From the NCBI GenBank assembly GCA_963734175.1, contig CAVTGC010000004.1, positions 7,875 to 71,874 of the forward strand: a DNA stretch of 64,000 bases, written 5' to 3'. Shown here piece by piece: positions 59,817 to 64,000 of this stretch; positions within the stretch are counted from its first letter, which is position 1, and the number at the start of each line of letters is the position of its first letter. The notes beneath the pieces were generated by a model. The model did not search any database and had not been told where the DNA came from. It worked only from the letters and a program-made list of their open reading frames with translations. Source of the DNA: an uncultured Candidatus Rokubacteria bacterium (GTDB taxonomy: Bacteria; Methylomirabilota; Methylomirabilia; Rokubacteriales; CSP1-6). A program made the position numbers and the translations under genes.

Positions 59817-60982
59817 GCGGGGTCCTTGCCGTAGATCATCACCACGTGCTCGCCCATGCCGCTGTTGTTGTGGGTGAGGCCGATGGCGGCCTCCGGCACC
59901 TGCCGGGCGCCGGCCTCGTCGCGCAGCTGAACGAAGACCTCGGCGGCCTGGGCCACGCCGGTGGCACCGAGCGGATGGCCACAGCCGATCAGCCCGCCCC
60001 GCGGGTTGACGACGAGGTCGCCGCCGTAGTCGCTGCGCCCGGCGGCCGCGAACGGTCCCGCCTCGCCCTTGGCGCAGAAGCCCAGCTCCTCGTAGGCGAT
60101 CAGCTCGGCGATCGCGAAGCAGTCGTGCACCTCGGCGAGGTCGACGTCACCCGCGGTGATCCCGGCCATGCGGTAGGCCGCCGCGCCCGCGCGGTGCAGC
60201 GCGGGCCAGCGGGCGTAGTCCTCGTGCAGCGAGGTGAGCTGGAAGCCGTCGAGGGCCTGGCCGGTACCGCGGATCCACACGGGCCGGTCGGTGAGGTCGC
60301 GGGCCCGCTCCTCGCTGGCCAGCACGACGGCGGCCGCGCCGTCGGTGATCGGCGAGCACATGAACAGGCGCAGCGGGCTCGAGATCATCCGCGAGCCGAG
60401 CACCTGGTCGAGCGTGGCGCCCTTGTTGAAATGGGCGTTGGGGTTCTTGGAGGCGTGGGTGTGGTTCTTCACGCCGACCCGGGCCAGCTGCTCCTCCGTC
60501 GTGCCGTACTCGGCCATGTGGCGCTGGGCGGCCAGCGCGAAGCAGGGCGGCGCCGTGAGCCCGAACGCCGCCTCCCACTCGCGGTCCACGCCGGTGCCCA
60601 TGTTCAGGATCGCCTCGTCGCCGCTCGGCTGGTTGAGCTTCTCCACGCCGAGCACCATCACCAGGTCGGCCAGGCCAGCGGCGATGAACGCGTAGGCGTA
60701 GCGGATGCCCACGGTGCCGGAGGCGCACATGTGCTCGGTGCGCGCGCTCAGCGTGCTGGGCCGGATGCCGAGCGCCTCGGCGGTGAGCGACGAGATGTGA
60801 CTCTGGAACGCCGTGCGCTCGGGCATGACGGAGCCGACGACGAGCCCGTCGACGTCCCGCGGCTTCACGGCCGGCACCGAATCGAAGCAGGCCTTGCCGG
60901 CCTCCCAGATCAGGTCGCGGTACGAGGCCTTGCGGACGCCGAACTTGGTGACCCCGGCGCCGACCAGCGCGACGCGCTTCAT
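59813..60982 (-). CDS. SCPx-type (non-decarboxylating, lipid-transfer-protein-like) thiolase
   Basis: 389 aa. MKRVALVGAGVTKFGVR..., active-site Cys context (TEHMCASGTVG), C-terminal GGLIGCGHPLGATG. Typical partner of DUF35 proteins. Confidence 0.8.
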   Translation of the reverse strand: MKRVALVGAGVTKFGVRKASYRDLIWEAGKACFDSVPAVKPRDVDGLVVGSVMPERTAFQSHISSLTAEALGIRPSTLSARTEHMCASGTVGIRYAYAFIAAGLADLVMVLGVEKLNQPSGDEAILNMGTGVDREWEAAFGLTAPPCFALAAQRHMAEYGTTEEQLARVGVKNHTHASKNPNAHFNKGATLDQVLGSRMISSPLRLFMCSPITDGAAAVVLASEERARDLTDRPVWIRGTGQALDGFQLTSLHEDYARWPALHRAGAAAYRMAGITAGDVDLAEVHDCFAIAELIAYEELGFCAKGEAGPFAAAGRSDYGGDLVVNPRGGLIGCGHPLGATGVAQAAEVFVQLRDEAGARQVPEAAIGLTHNNSGMGEHVVMIYGKDPA

Positions 60983-61545
60983 GGCAGCTCTCCCCGGAGC
61001 CGGCGCGCGACGTGCGCGTGGCCCTGTTCCTCGGCGATCGTGAGTGCCGTCTTGCCGTCGTCGGTGCGCGCCTCGGCCGCCGCTCCGTGGGCCAGCAGCG
61101 CGTTGACGACCGGGACGTCGTCACGGAAGGCGGCGATGTGCAGCGGCGTGTAGCCGCGGGCGGCCCGGGCGTTGACGTCGGCGCCGCCGGCCAGGAGCCG
61201 GCTGACGATGCGGAGGTCGGCGCGCCCGGCCAGTCCGGCGTGCAGCGCGGTGTTGGCCTCGTGGTTGTCGGAGCGTGCCCGCACGTCGGCCCGCGCGTCC
61301 AGGAGCGCGTCGACGGCGTCACCGTGACCGAAGTGGGCGGCCAGGTGCAACGCCGGCCAGCCGTCGGGGCTGCGTATTCCGAGCGAGGCCGGCTCGGCCC
61401 GGGCCAGCGCGCGCACGCGGGCGGCATCGCCGAGGGCGGCGGCCTCGCACAGCGTCGGCGTGGCCCCGTCGGCCACGAGCCGCTCGGCGGCGGCGCGGTC
61501 GCCGCGGTAGACCGCGGCCAGGATCGGCGTGGGCGTGGCCGTCAT
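60979..61545 (-). CDS. Ankyrin-repeat protein (~188 aa, 3-4 repeats)
   Basis: ATG at 61545 (ATGA overlap with the HAD stop). Repeats such as DGWPALHLAAHFGHGDAVDALLDARADV, NTALHAGLAGRADLRIVSRLLAGGADVNA and GYTPLHIAAFRDDVPVVNALLAHGAAAEA carry the TPLH/ALH ankyrin signatures. Confidence 0.6.
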   Translation of the reverse strand: MTATPTPILAAVYRGDRAAAERLVADGATPTLCEAAALGDAARVRALARAEPASLGIRSPDGWPALHLAAHFGHGDAVDALLDARADVRARSDNHEANTALHAGLAGRADLRIVSRLLAGGADVNARAARGYTPLHIAAFRDDVPVVNALLAHGAAAEARTDDGKTALTIAEEQGHAHVARRLRGELP

Positions 61546-62210
61546 GCCTTGGTCAAGAAGTCCGCCGCCTCGGCCAGCGTGCGGAACTCGTGGTCGGCGC
61601 CGCGGCCGTCCAGCGGCCGCTCGCTCTTGCGGTTGATCCACACCGTCGGCAGGCCGAGCGCCCGCGCCGGCTGCACGTCGTGGAAGTAGCTCTGGGCCAC
61701 GTGGGCCCACGGCGCCGTCCCGATGCGCTCGCGCGCCGCCGTGAAGTGCCCGGGCGCCGGCTTGTAGGACCCCACCTGCTGGGCGGTGACGACGAAATCG
61801 AACTCCACCCCGAGGTGGCGTCGGGTGCCGGCCAGCAGGTCGTCGTCGACGTTCGAGAGAATCACGAGCCGGTGACCGGCGTCCTTCAACCGGCGGAGGG
61901 CCTCGTTGGTATCCGGGAACGGCGGCCACGCCGGCAGGCTGTCGGGCAGGAAGGCCTCGCGGTCCGGCGCCAGCCGCCAGCCGAGCCGGTCGGCGACCGC
62001 GCGCGCGGCCAGGGCCAGGACCTCGCGATAGCGCCGGTAGCGCTCGGCCTGGATCCGCGGCTCCAGCTCGTGATAGGCGCCCAGCACGGCCGCCCCGTCC
62101 AGCGTCACGCCGTCGGCGCGCGCGGCCGCCGCGAAGGCCTCGCCAATGCCGCGCTCCCAGTCGATCAGCGTGCCGTAGCAGTCGAAGGTCAGCACCTCGA
62201 AGCGCCTCAC
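61542..62210 (-). CDS. HAD-superfamily hydrolase (haloacid dehalogenase type II-like)
   Basis: 222 aa. VLTFDCYGTLIDWE (DxYGTL motif I), ...LSNVDDDLL..., SYKPAPGHF (motif III Lys). Confidence 0.65.
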   Translation of the reverse strand: MRRFEVLTFDCYGTLIDWERGIGEAFAAAARADGVTLDGAAVLGAYHELEPRIQAERYRRYREVLALAARAVADRLGWRLAPDREAFLPDSLPAWPPFPDTNEALRRLKDAGHRLVILSNVDDDLLAGTRRHLGVEFDFVVTAQQVGSYKPAPGHFTAARERIGTAPWAHVAQSYFHDVQPARALGLPTVWINRKSERPLDGRGADHEFRTLAEAADFLTKA

Positions 62211-63367
62211 GCGAACGCCCCTGCACGGTCCCAGTCCAGCTCGCGCCCGATGACCAGGCGCAGGATCTCCGAGGTCCCCCCGCCCGGCAGCAGGAAGCGG
62301 GCATCACGGAAGTAGCGCTGGACCGGATACTCCATGGCCAGGCCGTAGGAGGCGAAGATTCGCGCGGCCTCGTCGGTGATCCGCACCGCGGTCTCGGAGG
62401 CGAACAGCTTGGCCATCGCCGCCTCGCGGCCGATCGGGCGGCCGGCGTCGAGGCGGGCCGCCGCCTGGTAGGTCACGAGGGCGGCGGCGTGCAGCGAGGT
62501 CAGCATGTCGGCCAGCTTGAACGAGATCGCCTGGTGCTCGCCGATCGGCTTGCCGAACGCCCGCCGCTGCCGCGCGTAGGCGAGCGCGGCGTCGTAGGCG
62601 GCCCGGGCCAGCCCGACCGAGAGCGCGGCCGTCATGATGCGGATCTCGGCCAGGATCGACCCGATCTTGTCGACGCCGCCCGTCTCGCCGCCGAGCAGAT
62701 GCTCGTCGGGCACCTCCACGTCCTCGAGGATGATCTCCCCCGTGACCGAGCCCCGCACCGCCATCTTGTCGATGGCCTTCCCGAGCGTGATGCCCCGCAT
62801 CGTGGAGCGGTCGAGCAGGAACAGGGCGATGTTCTTGAGGCCGCGCTCGTCGGAGGTCTTGGCGGCGACGGTCAGCATGTCGGCGACGGGCGCGCTGGTC
62901 ACCCAGGTCTTGGTCCCGCGCAGCACCCAGCGATCGCCGCGCCGCTCGGCCCGCGTGGTGATGGCGGCGACGTCGGAGCCGGCGTCGGGCTCGGTCAGCG
63001 CGAAGGTGGCGACGAGGTCGCCGCGCAGCGCCGGCGTCAGATAGCGCGCCCGCAGCGCCTCCGAGCCGTACTTGAAGACGAAGTACGTCCCCATCAGCGA
63101 CTGCATGGCGGCGGCCGCCGCCAGCGACAGCGAGCCCCGGGCCAGCTCCTCGGCGAACACGCAGTACGTCGTCATGTCGGCGTCGGCGCCGCCGTACTGC
63201 TCGGGGTAGCGCAGCCCCAGCCAGCCCTGAGCGCCGATCCGCTTGAACGGCTCCCGCGGGAACTCGCCCCGCTCGTCGATGGCGTCGGCCTGGGGCACGA
63301 CCTCGGCGTCGACGAACCGAGCGACGGTGCGGCGAAAGGTCTCCTGCTCGGCGGTGAAGGCGATCAT
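62207..63367 (-). CDS. Acyl-CoA dehydrogenase
   Basis: ~386 aa from the ATG at 63367 (ATGA overlap). ...YGGADADMTTYCVFAEELARG..., LTEPDAGSDVAA, GGTSEILRLVIGREL and a catalytic Glu region near the C-terminus. Confidence 0.85.
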   Translation of the reverse strand: MIAFTAEQETFRRTVARFVDAEVVPQADAIDERGEFPREPFKRIGAQGWLGLRYPEQYGGADADMTTYCVFAEELARGSLSLAAAAAMQSLMGTYFVFKYGSEALRARYLTPALRGDLVATFALTEPDAGSDVAAITTRAERRGDRWVLRGTKTWVTSAPVADMLTVAAKTSDERGLKNIALFLLDRSTMRGITLGKAIDKMAVRGSVTGEIILEDVEVPDEHLLGGETGGVDKIGSILAEIRIMTAALSVGLARAAYDAALAYARQRRAFGKPIGEHQAISFKLADMLTSLHAAALVTYQAAARLDAGRPIGREAAMAKLFASETAVRITDEAARIFASYGLAMEYPVQRYFRDARFLLPGGGTSEILRLVIGRELDWDRAGAFA

Positions 63368-64000
63368 GCGGAGGCCGACTGGCGAAGCCATTCGGTGGCG
63401 GCGGCGTCGACGCGCAGGTCGAATCCCTCGCCCATGATCACGACGCCGTACTCCGCGCGAGCGGCCTCGATCGAGACGTAGTCGTCGAGCACGTCGTCGA
63501 GCACGCGGGCGGGATCGCGCGCGAGCGGATCGCCGTAGCCGCCGGCTCCGGACTGCTGGAAGGAGATGACGTCGCCGTGAGCGAACTCCCGCGACTGCTT
63601 GCCGTTGACGAGCTGCTCTCCGGGACCGGGGTTGATGACGGTGCGGGCCAGCCGGCCCGGCTTGCCGCCGAAGACGCCCCAGGGGGCGAAGCGGTGGCGC
63701 TCGGACAGGTTGGTGAGCTGCCCCTCGTCGGCGAGGAAACGCAGATCGCGCCGGATGCCGCAGCCGCCGCGGAACGTCCCGGCGCCGGCCGAGTCGGGAA
63801 TGAAGCCGAACTGCTCGACGACGATCGGCTGCGCGGCCTCCTGGGCCTCGACCGGAATGTTGGAGGCGTTGAAGGCCCACGACATGCCCTCGCAGCCGTC
63901 CCGCGTCGCCCGGGCGCCGGTGCCGGACAGCACCAGCTCGTAGGCGACGAAGCGCCGCCGGCGCGCGCGGTCCCGGCCGCCGAAGGTCGGATTGGCGAAG
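63364..64000 (-). CDS. Hydantoinase B/5-oxoprolinase/acetone-carboxylase-alpha family protein, C-terminal part (gene continues beyond right window edge)
   Basis: ...FGFIPDSAGAGTFRGGCGIRRDLRFLADEG...GVFGGKPG... is HyuB-type C-terminal sequence. The frame is open to position 64000. Confidence 0.7.
   Translation of the reverse strand, partial: FANPTFGGRDRARRRRFVAYELVLSGTGARATRDGCEGMSWAFNASNIPVEAQEAAQPIVVEQFGFIPDSAGAGTFRGGCGIRRDLRFLADEGQLTNLSERHRFAPWGVFGGKPGRLARTVINPGPGEQLVNGKQSREFAHGDVISFQQSGAGGYGDPLARDPARVLDDVLDDYVSIEAARAEYGVVIMGEGFDLRVDAAATEWLRQSASA

Overview
This is very high-GC bacterial DNA (by eye well above 70% GC). The taxon cannot be determined from the sequence alone. Almost all credible genes lie on the minus strand. 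The long plus-strand ORFs in the track are GC-driven antisense artefacts: Arg/Gly/Ala-rich, no recognisable domains, each lying exactly opposite a clear minus-strand gene. The window has two parts. (1) Positions 1-31747 hold a colinear cis-AT modular type I polyketide synthase assembly line transcribed right-to-left. A type II thioesterase gene is followed by six PKS subunit genes (the sixth runs off the left edge), giving five complete modules: A KS-AT-DH(degenerate)-KR-ACP; B KS-AT-DH-ER-KR-ACP; C KS-AT-MT-ACP; D KS-AT-DH-cMT-ER-KR-ACP; E KS-AT-DH-cMT-KR-ACP. Three of the five modules carry embedded SAM-methyltransferase domains, and four of the five ATs look malonyl-type. The first subunit has no loading module and no N-terminal docking helix. 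No chain-releasing TE, regulator or tailoring gene lies in the window. (2) Positions 33076-64000 hold one family-5 solute-binding-protein gene on the plus strand, then a ~30 kb minus-strand string of about 32 genes joined almost everywhere by 1-8 nt overlapping stop/start codons (ATGA, GTGA, TGATG). These encode hydantoinase B (partial), acyl-CoA dehydrogenase, HAD hydrolase, an ankyrin-repeat protein, SCPx-type thiolase plus a DUF35 Zn-ribbon/OB protein, 3-hydroxyacyl-CoA dehydrogenase, amidohydrolase, metallophosphoesterase, a split B12-dependent acyl-CoA mutase (small and large subunits separated by an alpha/beta hydrolase), a thioredoxin-like protein, a Mo-hydroxylase large subunit, a family III CoA-transferase, an opine-dehydrogenase-like protein, a V4R-domain protein, a Liv-type ABC transporter (livH-livM-livK-livG-livF), a SixA-like phosphatase, a second family-5 SBP, Dpp-type permeases without ATPase, a MaoC double hot-dog hydratase, an acyl-CoA synthetase and a membrane-anchored TAXI-like protein. 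At least nine single-base frameshifts interrupt otherwise intact genes, six of them in the PKS. They are most simply explained as indel errors in the assembly, but if real the locus is decaying. No tRNA, rRNA, CRISPR array, transposase or integrase was recognised by eye.
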